Under the pieces are notes generated by a model. It was not told the origin of the DNA, did no database searches, and was given only the letters and a program-made list of their open reading frames with translations. A stretch of DNA of 62,204 bases, counting the filler, from Nemertoderma westbladi (taxonomy: Eukaryota; Animalia; Xenacoelomorpha): the NCBI GenBank assembly GCA_032718475.1. It is 3 parts of 3 records of this genome, joined end to end, with 100 filler letters (N's around TTAATTAATTAA, not from the genome) between each part and the next. Parts side by side here need not be neighbours in the genome. Positions count along the whole stretch, not along the records: positions 1 to 30,397 come from JAUCBJ010004296.1; 2 more parts are not named here. One strand, written 5' to 3'. How positions within the stretch are numbered: the stretch's first letter is position 1; every line of letters starts with the position of its first letter. The position numbers and the translations under genes are program-made. Positions 1 through 9,877 of the stretch are shown one piece after another.

Positions 1-25
1 CTGATTTCATATCTACCTTGGTCCT

Positions 26-3000
26 TTAAAAACGTGTAGTTGTTTCCTGGATTTGCTTGGCTCTTTCTTCTTCTATCGATAGGGCCTTATCGTATGAATT
101 GGGCTCTACCAGTTCTTGAGTAAAGAATCGTACGGCTAGTTCGTCCCGAGTTCTAGGGTTGTAGCGCTCTATCTCATCATTTAGTTCGTCATTGTAATCA
201 ATGGGTCCCGATGGGCGAATCAGTTGACATAGGTTCACCTGATTTTTCCACGTTTTGTTTTCTGGAAGTAGGTCGATTGTGTTCTCTTCATCGAAGAGTT
301 GGTAGATGTCGTCATTATCTGAGGAGTATGGTGTTCCCTCAGTTAGTTCATCCACTTCACCGCTCTCCACTTCCCAATCCTTTACTTGGTATATTCGTTC
401 TTGTGGCATTCTCTCTTCGAGAGTTTTGCGGGAAGGGCCAGTAAAGTACCAACCTACTCTAGTTCTTACCGCATAGGTTTGCAGTGGCTGCGGTTGAGCA
501 GGCCGTTTCTCCAATGTCTCGAGCGCCTCATGCGCGTTTTGGCCGATGAGTATTTGCACTCCAGGATAATCTGTCTGGAATCGAGGTATCTTAAGATGTT
601 GAATGCTCTCATCCTCGTCCCAATTATAAAGGTCTGCTTGAGTAGTAGCGAAGTTCTTTATAGCCACCATTTTTACCGACCTTATACCTTGTGCTCCTAA
701 TTTATCCTGGGGGGTGGACAACACACCTACATAGTAGTCTGCCGTTAGGGTAGATTTCCAAACCTGCATAATTCCTGACATATTCAATTTAGTCCGGAAT
801 TTGGGTTGTCCAGCAAAGATATCTTCGGCTAGTTCTTGATCGATGAATGTTCCTGTGCTGCCGGAGTCAAGGAGTGCGTTCACTATGTAACTTTTGCTAG
901 GACCGTGAACTCTTACCTGCACTACAGGAAATTCTCTGATTCCTACGTTGGAAGTTGGAGCTTTCCAAGATGGTTGTCTGGCAAAAGTAGTTGGGGGAAA
1001 CTCATTGTTGGTGTCCTTTTCATAAGTAAGTGCTCGATACACTGCGGTATTGATTAGATAACAGGATTCGTTGGCGTCGGAGAATTCGTCAGTATAGAAT
1101 CCTTCCATCTCAGATTCTTGATCAGTGTCATTTACGTCACTGAATTGGACATGTAGTTCGGGCTCACTTACCTGACTCGGGTGGTCTCGTTCGAACTCAC
1201 TGTGTAACAAGATGTGATGTTTCGCGCCACACTTTGCACACTTTACGTCGGAGTAACAGGTTCGCCGTTGGTGTCCTGGTCTGAGGCAATTATAGCATAA
1301 CCGCTTATCCCACACGACTGCACGTCTGTCTACAAGGGATTTCTTTAGAAATTCAGCACACGCACTCAAATGGTGGGTCCCGTCGCACAGCGCACAGTTA
1401 GGTTTTATGTTACTCACTTTACCTTGGGTAACTTGATGCACTCTCGTTCTTTCTTCGGGCTTTCTTCCGTGCATTCTGTTAGGAGACTGAGGAGGAGTCT
1501 TGGCAACCTGTTCTCTCCTATCTTTGGTTCGAGCCTTGTATTTACTTACGTCCTTTGAGGTTTCGTCAACGTAGTAAGATCGATCAGTGTCTTTCCCGCT
1601 GTCCTCTTCTTGAGAAGCTTGGCTTTCGCCGTCGTCAGTGTAACACACTGGTGTTACTCTTCTCCGAGAAACGGGTTTCTCACTTACCTTATTTTCCGAT
1701 GTTTTCTCTCTGGACTGCTTGATGAGTTGTAGTTTTACTTCACCATCTAAGAAGGACATGAGATCAGCCATGGTAGGGCTTCGTCGTTGTTGTTCATTCA
1801 TGTACAACACTTTCTTGTCCCAGCGTGTACATACTCCACCCTTTGGTAAAGTAGAGACTACTGCTCCAATAACCATGGAACTCTGATATTCATGAGACTT
1901 ACCTAACCAGTCCAATTGTCTACAGATCTCCTGAATCTCATCGGAAAACTCTATAATCCCGCTACTAAGGAAGTTTCGGGGGGCTACTAATTTTGCATAC
2001 AAATACTTAGCTATGTTATCCTTGTTACCATACCTGATGTTTAATGTATCCCAAACTTGTCTTAATCCTTCTGGATGTCCAATGAACTTTAACGCCATTA
2101 ACTTGGGAGGTCCTTCCAAGCACTTGATGAGGAACCTAAGCTTCTCTCCGTTAGATAGTACAGAGTTCTGTATGCTGTCTTTGTAATATTTATTTAAAGG
2201 TAACCATTTCATCTCATCTCCATTGAATTTGACGATCTCTCCCACTTTGACCACTTGGCGGGCTTCTGTTCTAGCCATCTGACGCGTAAAGCTTTCTTGG
2301 GCCATCGTGTTATTTAATATCGAATTATCGGTATATAAATTTCTCGGATCATTATCAGGTCTATAGGGAACATCATTAACAACAGGTTTATAATCACCCT
2401 TAATAGGGTTTGCTATAGGAGTTTCTACTTCACTAGCAGTATAGATGCGTGTAGGCTCCACACCTTGCGCATGTAATACTTCAGACTTAACAGGTTGACA
2501 CAATGTTACAGGGGGTATTGGTATACCCTTTTGTATATTGACTAATTTGTCGCGTTCTAGCGCGATACTTTGCTGCACTTCTTGCAATTCGGCCCTACCT
2601 TCCCTTACTGTTCCCTTAAGTTGGTGGACAGTCTCCTGCATCTGTCCGAGCAGGAGATTCATCCCCCGCCATCCCTCCTCTACCCACTCGACCGCCGAAG
2701 CGGGAGTCGCCAACATTGTAGCGGGCTGACGCGGGACGACGGGAGACAAATCTTTGATTTCTCTCTCAGCTTCCAGGACAGGGATATTCTCATGGACTGT
2801 TCTACCGGGTACAGGCAGTGTAGTACTGTGTAAAGGGAATTTAGAGTTAAGATCTAGAAGTACAGGGGTCTCTAGCACAGGAGTGACTTTGGGAACGACA
2901 GGCCTAATTATTTCAGGCTCATCAACTATAGTAGGGAGTTTTTTGACCTTAATAATTTGGTCTGTAGGTTCTATACTACTTAAGTCTGTGCTAGCTAGTT

Positions 3001-3586
3001 GTCTTCTCACAGCTGGGGGCAAATCAGGCAATTTGTGACGGTGAGATGTTTTTCTACGCCTGCTTAGACGAGATCTATTTCCTCCGCCTTCAGGATCGGT
3101 GGTTTCGCTTTCCTCCGATGATGTGTATCCCTGGCGTTTGGGAGTAGATCTTCTCATCATCTGCATATGACTAGAAGTTAACTGTTTATTTATGTTGTCT
3201 TGCGTCTCTTGCAGATTTTCCAACTCTAGTTGGGTAGTCTCCTCAGATGCTCTCCGTTCTGCTTCTGCCACCGCTGCCTCTCTTTTTGCTTCTGCTTCTG
3301 CCGCCATTACTGCTGCTGCCTTTCGGTCCTCTATCCGTTTTTTCTTTACTTGTTCTTCTTGGACTCTAGCGAGGCGGAGTTTTTCATCAAATTTAGCTTG
3401 GTTAGCAGCTAACATTTCCGCATCGATTGAGTCCAACACAAGCTTAGTTCCTTCACTATTGGGGCGAAGTCCAGCCAGTCGTCTCCTCAACTCTTCATCA
3501 CCCAAGAAGCGTTGATAGTCTGACAGATAGATGTCTATGGCGTCTCTCGAGGGCGGCTTCTCTGCTGCTGTCTCTTCGCTTTCCAC
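26..3586 (-). CDS. BEL/Pao gag-protease polyprotein segment (frame is open upstream to 3844)
   Basis: 1186-aa ORF with a DUF1759-like capsid region (KFNGDEMKW...GEKLRFLIKCLEGPP...LNIRYG), three zinc knuckles and a DSG protease. The listed start is GTG; I translated the frame upstream and found no stop until 3845-3847. Confidence 0.88.
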   Translation of the reverse strand: MESEETAAEKPPSRDAIDIYLSDYQRFLGDEELRRRLAGLRPNSEGTKLVLDSIDAEMLAANQAKFDEKLRLARVQEEQVKKKRIEDRKAAAVMAAEAEAKREAAVAEAERRASEETTQLELENLQETQDNINKQLTSSHMQMMRRSTPKRQGYTSSEESETTDPEGGGNRSRLSRRRKTSHRHKLPDLPPAVRRQLASTDLSSIEPTDQIIKVKKLPTIVDEPEIIRPVVPKVTPVLETPVLLDLNSKFPLHSTTLPVPGRTVHENIPVLEAEREIKDLSPVVPRQPATMLATPASAVEWVEEGWRGMNLLLGQMQETVHQLKGTVREGRAELQEVQQSIALERDKLVNIQKGIPIPPVTLCQPVKSEVLHAQGVEPTRIYTASEVETPIANPIKGDYKPVVNDVPYRPDNDPRNLYTDNSILNNTMAQESFTRQMARTEARQVVKVGEIVKFNGDEMKWLPLNKYYKDSIQNSVLSNGEKLRFLIKCLEGPPKLMALKFIGHPEGLRQVWDTLNIRYGNKDNIAKYLYAKLVAPRNFLSSGIIEFSDEIQEICRQLDWLGKSHEYQSSMVIGAVVSTLPKGGVCTRWDKKVLYMNEQQRRSPTMADLMSFLDGEVKLQLIKQSREKTSENKVSEKPVSRRRVTPVCYTDDGESQASQEEDSGKDTDRSYYVDETSKDVSKYKARTKDRREQVAKTPPQSPNRMHGRKPEERTRVHQVTQGKVSNIKPNCALCDGTHHLSACAEFLKKSLVDRRAVVWDKRLCYNCLRPGHQRRTCYSDVKCAKCGAKHHILLHSEFERDHPSQVSEPELHVQFSDVNDTDQESEMEGFYTDEFSDANESCYLINTAVYRALTYEKDTNNEFPPTTFARQPSWKAPTSNVGIREFPVVQVRVHGPSKSYIVNALLDSGSTGTFIDQELAEDIFAGQPKFRTKLNMSGIMQVWKSTLTADYYVGVLSTPQDKLGAQGIRSVKMVAIKNFATTQADLYNWDEDESIQHLKIPRFQTDYPGVQILIGQNAHEALETLEKRPAQPQPLQTYAVRTRVGWYFTGPSRKTLEERMPQERIYQVKDWEVESGEVDELTEGTPYSSDNDDIYQLFDEENTIDLLPENKTWKNQVNLCQLIRPSGPIDYNDELNDEIERYNPRTRDELAVRFFTQELVEPNSYDKALSIEEERAKQIQETTTRF

Positions 3587-3743
3587 TTGAGAAAGGGTGG
3601 CATCGGTTGGTTCTTCATAGGTTGGTCTCTCAGTCAGCTGGGATTTCCACTGGGCCGTTTCTTGAACTTTGAGACCTACCCGCTGGAACCAAGTCTTGAC
3701 AGCAACCTGCAGCGACGTGTCCTGTCTTCTTTTGGAAGTTTCC

Positions 3744-4415
3744 TCAAAGTCTAATGCGTAGGGTTCTTTCGCGTACTTGATAAAGCAGCTCTTCCTGCTC
3801 TTGAGGTCCTTGGGGTTGTCGAAACAATTGTTCTTCCAATCGCTCTAAGGAGCCGAAGAATCCCTGCACATATCCTGCTTCCGACCTCTTCCAAACAGCT
3901 GGATCCATCGTATCTTTAGCCACTCCCATCCTGTGTATATCTTCCCAAGTAGCTTCGGACAAATCTAACGGGAGTCCGGGTCCGGGAAAGTTCCATTGTG
4001 ACTCGACAATAGACATCAATTCTTCCCTGGCGTATCCCGCATAACTATCTTGGGTCGCTCGCTTACTTCTCGCCCAATCGGCTTGATGTTCCTCCACCGC
4101 AATCAATATAGTAGTTAGCACTGCGACAGTATCCGAACTACTGGAGCTATCGGATCGCTGGGAACAAGTTTCTTGACTAGGATGTTGCTGCTGTTGGACA
4201 GCTGCTTCCTGGTTCCGTTTGACTTGGGCCCGAGTGCCGATGATAGACCTACGGTGTTGGATCAACTTAGGGTCCGATACTACTACTGGAGGGATGACCC
4301 TTCTTTCAGTAGGAGGTGAGCTGAACTCCTTTCTTAATCGCTCCACACTCCTATCTGTGTCACAGATGGTTGTATCGATTAGACTGTCTGACAGGTTTTG
4401 CTGGGTATCAGACAT
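3744..4415 (-). CDS. Probable N-terminal part of the same BEL/Pao polyprotein, separated by a frameshift
   Basis: 223-aa ATG-initiated ORF that overlaps the open gag frame by ~100 nt (3744-3844), on the same strand and with similar composition. Confidence 0.6.
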   Translation of the reverse strand: MSDTQQNLSDSLIDTTICDTDRSVERLRKEFSSPPTERRVIPPVVVSDPKLIQHRRSIIGTRAQVKRNQEAAVQQQQHPSQETCSQRSDSSSSSDTVAVLTTILIAVEEHQADWARSKRATQDSYAGYAREELMSIVESQWNFPGPGLPLDLSEATWEDIHRMGVAKDTMDPAVWKRSEAGYVQGFFGSLERLEEQLFRQPQGPQEQEELLYQVRERTLRIRL

Positions 4416-4519
4416 GTTTAGCTATACGGTTGAATGCCTACTGCTATAGTTACAGTTAAAGCAAGTCTAGTAATTCAGTATGACCGTTGGCCTAGTACCG
4501 TTAATTTATTACAGTATAT

Positions 4520-4770
4520 TAGAATATCGGTATACACTTATAATATATATAAGTATTGTAAACTAGTTTTGTCACAGAGTACCGGTATATAATTTTAGCA
4601 CAAATATATATAAATATATAATAGGCCTATCGTGAATACCGGTATACAGCTTACACTTATAGTATATATAAGTATAATTATGAACTAGAATTAATTACAG
4701 AATACCGGTATGATTTCAGCCCAAATTTATAGAAATAAATATAATAAGCCTATGGTAAATACCGGTATGT
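4520..4770. repeat. Degenerate tandem duplication (~115-125 bp) in the retroelement leader
   Basis: The blocks ACACTTATA-TATATATAAGTAT...AACTAG...ACAGA-TACCGGTAT...CCTAT-GT-AATACCGGTAT occur twice. Confidence 0.6.
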
Positions 4771-5767
4771 CGATTATTTTAGAATAATTGAATTTCTGAA
4801 TATTTTAGGGTTACTTGGTTACTTTAACTTACTTTATTACCGTTATTTAAGCAGTAGTCCAACTGATATTGAGACCTAGTTGTTGTATGGCAGGCCTACT
4901 ATTTGTATTTATAAATCGTTTGAGTTGATTTATAATATTTATATACCCGTTTAAAATGGGTTTTGTCAATATTTGAAATAAATGTTATTATTTCTGGGGG
5001 AGTCACTACACAGAAGCTGTGCGCTCTCAGTGAAGTGCTACTTATTTGACACTAAAACAGATAATTCTAATTTACCTAAGTTACTTAATACTACAAATTA
5101 CTTACGATACGGGTGAGATTAAATCTCTAATTAAACACAACAAAATATTACGTACGAAATTTTTTAGGGTAATTTTACAGGAAGTCTACAAACCAGTCTA
5201 ACAAAGGGTTAGATTTCTGGTTATTACGACGGACAGGGTACTACGGTATTTGAAATAATAAGTAGTAGTAAATATATTGCACTGTCCAGATAGGAAAATA
5301 CCACCGCCTGACGACCTATAGCCGTATCGCTATAGGTACTACGTTATGTATCACGGAGTGTTCCTACCTAGAAGTTAATTACCGCGGACTACCAGATCCA
5401 ACGTGCCTATTAACCACTTTACAACACAAATATACTGCCTACACACTAATTACTTTCGGAAAGCACTGTACACTAAACCCTAAATTAGGTACAAGTACTG
5501 GTACAACAAATAATCAGTAGTTAAATATACTTGAACAGTTAAAAGAACCACGGCATCTGCTGGAGTGACCGGAGCACAAAGTCACCAGTCTTTACCTACG
5601 CCAAGCAGCCCGTGTAGTACCGGGGTTAATTTAACTATAACGGTATGTGTAACAAGCACAATTACTGTAGGAATAAACTTGGGGACATGAATGTTGCGAA
5701 TAATCGCATAAACTCTGAATAATAAATATTACGCTACCCGTACAGAATACTCAAACAAATACAAACC

Positions 5768-6285
5768 AAACGCTGGCAGACTACCACCAAGCCTAAATAA
5801 ACTACAGTATGTGCAGATTCCGAAATGGTTAGTTAGTATGCGTTCTAACACGGTAGTACGACTTATTCTTTAAGAGGGGATTGACCTTACAGCTATGGCT
5901 GCCCCAACTTACTAACTGGCACTTTATCAGACAAACTCTACACACGCAGCAATCTCTTCAGACCTAATAATAGCTAGACAACAATCCAGCCTACAAAATA
6001 TCGGAGTAATAACTATTACGGTACCTGAACAGACCACACAAACAAACACAGGCCTAAACGCTGGCAGAATACTGTCAAGCCTAAATAAACTACAGTATGT
6101 GCAGATTCCAAAATGGTTAGTTAGTATGCGTTCTAACACGGTAGTACGACTTATTCTTTAAGAGGGGATTGACCTTACAGCCTTGGCTGCCCCAACTTAC
6201 TAACTGGCACTTTATCGGACAAACTCCACACACGCCGCAATCTCTCCAGACTCAACAACAGTCCGACAATAGTCCGGCCTACAAT
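5768..6285. repeat. Direct duplication, period 288 bp, in the retroelement leader
   Basis: CGCTGGCAGA...AAGCCTAAATAAACTACAGTATGTGCAGATTCC...GACCTTACAGC...GGCACTTTATC starts at 5771 and again at 6059. Confidence 0.85.
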
Positions 6286-6480
6286 TATCTGAACAATCTG
6301 AGCAGACTTACACGTCTTCAGCTCAATATTAACTTACTAGGAAATAAAACTGACAGAAATAGACCTAAGTAAAATCCCAATAAAAACCAGGCGTCCCCGA
6401 TTTAATATCGAGACCTACCGGTATACAATAATCAAAATCGAATAATACTAATGTACTTATACTGGAAGTACCGGTTAGGA

Positions 6481-6670
6481 CAGTTGGGCCTACAGACCTA
6501 CAGCAGTACCGATTCTGGCAGTTGGGCCTACGGACCTACAGCAGTACCGGTTCAAGCAGTTGGGCCTACGGACCTACAGCAGTACCGATTCTGGCAGTTG
6601 GGCCTACGGACCTACAGCAGTACCGATTCTGGCAGTTGGGCCTACGGACCTACAGCAGTACCGGTTCAGG
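6481..6670. repeat. 38-bp minisatellite, 5 copies
   Basis: Unit CAGTTGGGCCTACGGACCTACAGCAGTACCGATTCTGG starts at 6481, 6519, 6557, 6595 and 6633. Confidence 0.95.
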
Positions 6671-6732
6671 TTTACCGGTCGACCGGTACTTTCAACTTTA
6701 TTGCTTACTGCAATAAAGGCAATAACTGTTAT

Positions 6733-7460
6733 TGTACGCGCTTTTGAAGACCTTTAGCAGTTTAACCTGCCAAAATTTATATGTCTTTTGGTTTATAAAT
6801 AGACTTTAGAATATGACAAGTATTTAATACCAATAAACACAACATTAGCCGAAGCCAGCCTAGTGCGCGTCCATTCACCCGCTGGATATACCCGGGAGAC
6901 TGGATTCGGAGGGCTTAGATTGTTATTGCAGTGTAAGCTTACTGTATTATTCGATTGATCGTTAATAAATAATTTCTGACCAATATTATTCACTTTCGGG
7001 AAATATTAACAGTTCCTTTAGGACGTGACGCTCTATCTAGGTAAACAGAGATATGACTTATACTAAACACAACGGTAAGTCGGTAAGGCTTATGATTCAC
7101 GTATGAGGCGCATTCTTTAGGAAATGCTTAGTTATCAGTCACAATCATGCACACTAATCTGCCGACTGTCAATGAATTTTATCATATATAAAGAGAACAG
7201 CAATTGACTCATGTAGTGCTTATCAAATAGCATTAAATTCACTACAAACCACAATAATATAAGTCGCAATCGCTATATGTAACCTGTCTCTCTAACCTGT
7301 AGTGTATCAAGAAAATTGGGAAATTTGGGTTCTTTATAGATGTTCTCCAAATAATATTCAACCAACTGATACAAAATAATAACAACAGTAAAAAGCATTA
7401 AGACGGTAGGTTAAGATATGATATGACAATATATGTGCCGATTGAGTTGTTAAGATAACA
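6733..7460. mobile_element. Solo LTR (728 bp), probably BEL/Pao family
   Basis: TGT...AACA termini and a 5-bp direct repeat GTTAT on both sides (6728-6732, 7461-7465). The first ~55 bp are homologous to the sequence that interrupts the RTE at 62146. TATATAAA at ~7185. Confidence 0.7.
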
Positions 7461-7903
7461 GTTATACGCTCTATAATCTAAGCCTACTAATGTTTCTTCT
7501 AAAGTCTGAAACGAATTGACTCTAGAGCCGGTGTTCCTGGCCTAGATAGAAACAACAAAACAGTATCAAGAAAAAACAGTAAGACTGAACACTCCTAGCA
7601 TGATCTGCCAAATATCTCCACATCGACAGAAAAAATCGCTCTGATTGGCTGTTAAGCTAAACAAAGAACCATGTGTCCAATGGCCGTTTCCATGTCAGCA
7701 ACCAGCTGTTAGATGTCGTAATCTGAATCATCAAGACTAAGCTGTGCCAGGGTATTTGACGCATTGCGGGTTTTTTGCCTTACCATGTCCGCCAAAGCAC
7801 ACATACAGAAGAATGACTTTTATGTCCGTTAAAACACCTATAACGGTACTTTGCGGACGAGGGGGACTGATTATATCCGCAAAAGCTTTTACAATAATAT
7901 AGT

Positions 7904-8110
7904 TCAATCATACCCTATACAATGGTAGTCTAGAAAGCAGTTTCGATCCGGTCGTATACACAGGAAGATAGAGCATTTAAGGCATGATATCTGTGATTTC
8001 ATGCCGCAGTGACGGCAGCGCTGTCGATCAGATACTGGGACCATCCCAGGGAAATGGGCAATTATATCATGCCGTATATCCATGGCATGGGCAGTTGATG
8101 TTGGTGTTAT
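7904..8110 (-). pseudogene. piggyBac-type transposase remnant (C-terminal cysteine-rich domain)
   Basis: DIRHDIIAHFP...RQRCRHCGMKSQISCLKCSIFLCIRPDRNCFLDYH matches the piggyBac CRD pattern. ATGTCCGY-type subterminal repeats at 7785-7880. Confidence 0.8.
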
Positions 8111-8141
8111 GTATTTGATTTGTTCACCAATAGTATATCTA

Positions 8142-8234
8142 CCCCCCCCCCCCCCCTCCCCTCCCCATGTCACAAATTGTCACAAAATTGCAACCCCCCT
8201 CCCTTCGACCGTGACATCATTTGTGCACGGCCCC
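8142..8234. mobile_element. Terminal fragment of a non-autonomous DNA transposon (Zator-like TIR)
   Basis: The reverse strand reads TAA|GGGGCCGTGCACAAATGATGTCACG, a GG-terminated TIR next to a TWA triplet. Only one end is seen. Confidence 0.35.
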
Positions 8235-8237
8235 TTA

Positions 8238-8362
8238 CCAGGCACTGAAGTAAGCGTTGAGCGAATATTTTCCGGCCTCAGGTACCTTGGTACCTACTCC
8301 GTCTTCGGTTGAGCACCGATATTATTGACGCAGTCATGCTACTGCGGTGCGATACGTTTAGG
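8238..8362 (+). pseudogene. hAT transposase remnant (C-terminal dimerisation domain)
   Basis: PGTEVSVERIFSGLRYL, then after a frameshift RLRLSTDIIDAVMLLR; this resembles the hAT SxxVERxFS...RxRL motif. Confidence 0.65.
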
Positions 8363-9370
8363 ACATTAGTTCGAGAGAGGCAGAGATGGGATCATGCTTA
8401 ACTTACTATCCGTTTATCCTGCTTATCCTTTACTTATTTACTTGTGTGGAATTATTTGTAGTTATGCACTCAAACTTTCTAGAACAACCTAATAATGACG
8501 CGATGACATACTGGATATAGGGGGCCTACTGGAAATACATAGTAAATGTATGGCCTAGGGACTTACTGAGAAATAAATGTCGCACTGCGATATAAAGCTG
8601 GAAAATATATCGCCCTGGCGATTTGATAGTGCGAAATTAATTCCATGCAAATAAATAAAACGTTATTATTATTTTCCTTATAATAAACTATGAATTTATT
8701 AATCTTTATTAACTCAGAAATTTTGTGCGTTGAAACTCAGGACGAGAATTACAGTGTTCTAGAACTCTGTATTTAGTCGCCTTCAGATTGGTCGAATTTT
8801 AATAGTGTCGCTGGAACTCTAAACAGATTAATTATTAGTCGAGTCCTCAAACAATTATTTAGGTCATGTATCATAAAGTTTAGATTATGTAGTGTATGTT
8901 GTTTTAGTGTTGTTGTACTTGTTAAACAGCCTATAGTGAAGAAGTGCGCGTATAATTAGCTTTTGCCAATATTGATAGGGGGACTTCATCATAAATAATT
9001 GGAGAAGTCAGGAAGCTGAAGACCGTGTACAGACAAACAAAACCTATTAAAGCAATCAACTTTATATTGAATAAGCTAGAACGTGCAAGTGAAAGTGAAA
9101 GTTTTTTGTCGAAAGATTTACTTTTTGTCCAATATGATTGCTTGGTAGATAAAACAACTTTACACTATTACGTTACGGTTTACGGAAAAAATATACAGTA
9201 ATATTACGTTATGGTATTGAAAAACGTTACGGTTTACGTTACGGAAAAATATTGAGCTACGGTATTCCTGAAAAGATACCGTAAAGTAACGTAATAACAT
9301 CCTTGATCACTGGGTTACTTCACTAACTCACCTTTAACACTCGAATCTCCTAGTTACTTCACTAACTCAC

Positions 9371-9558
9371 CTTTAACACTCGTATCTCCTTTATGGCGCT
9401 GCCTTTAGTTGTAGTTTTAACTTCCCGTCTGTAGAGATCGAATGAACGCTCCAACTCCTGTTTCTCTACGAGTAGAGAGTCGTAGTCCTGTTGTAGTTTC
9501 TGGTAGTCCGTGTAGCTCCAATTAGGTGGACTACGTTGCTTGTACTGGGCCAATTCAG
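9371..9558 (-). CDS. CCDC61: CCDC61 coding exon 2 (start of the coiled coil)
   Basis: Acceptor tttgtgtAG at 9560-9559 and donor GTGAGT at 9370. A phase-1 join with exon 1 (G|CT = Ala) gives VRLKAELAQYKQ...KEIRVLK in frame. Further exons were not found in the window. Confidence 0.75.
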
Positions 9559-9877
9559 CTACACAAACGCAATAAATAAATAGAATAACCTCCTATTGAA
9601 AGGACTTTATATACCGGAGTTCTTTGTTATATTTTGTTTTCACTTACTTAATTGTGATTGTGAATGGGAATGCACTGCTTCATATACTTACTCAATATTT
9701 CGGAGTAATATCATGATTGGGGGGGGGGGGGGGGGGGGGGCACTAAGAATGATTCATTGAATGAAACTGGCAATTGCCCCCTCAGCAAATTTTTATGGGG
9801 CGAAATTACAGGCATAGCGAGATTTTTGAGAATTAAAGCACATTCCTGCAGTTTTTTTATATTACCGCATACTACTA

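Larger units (their letters stand above)
1..6732 (-). mobile_element. BEL/Pao LTR retrotransposon: 5' internal region with long repeat-containing leader, gag and protease; pol continues beyond the window start
   Basis: Triple zinc knuckle typical of BEL/Pao gag (CALCDGTHHLSAC, CYNCLRPGHQRRTC, CAKCGAKHHILLH). Aspartic protease motif ALLDSGSTGTFI and later ILIGQN. The -1 frame after the stop at 26-28 reads LKDQGRYEI, resembling the pre-RT GRYxV motif. The upstream boundary is approximate; its own 5' LTR and PBS were not identified. Confidence 0.9.

Noticed and set aside
211-4449. Many short + strand ORFs
   Set aside because: Antisense shadows of the BEL/Pao coding region.
6300-7780. Primer-binding site and 5' LTR of the BEL element
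   Set aside because: No TGG-initiated tRNA complement next to an LTR end. TGGCACAGC at ~7749-7741 is only a weak tRNA-Ser-like match and is not preceded by ...CA.
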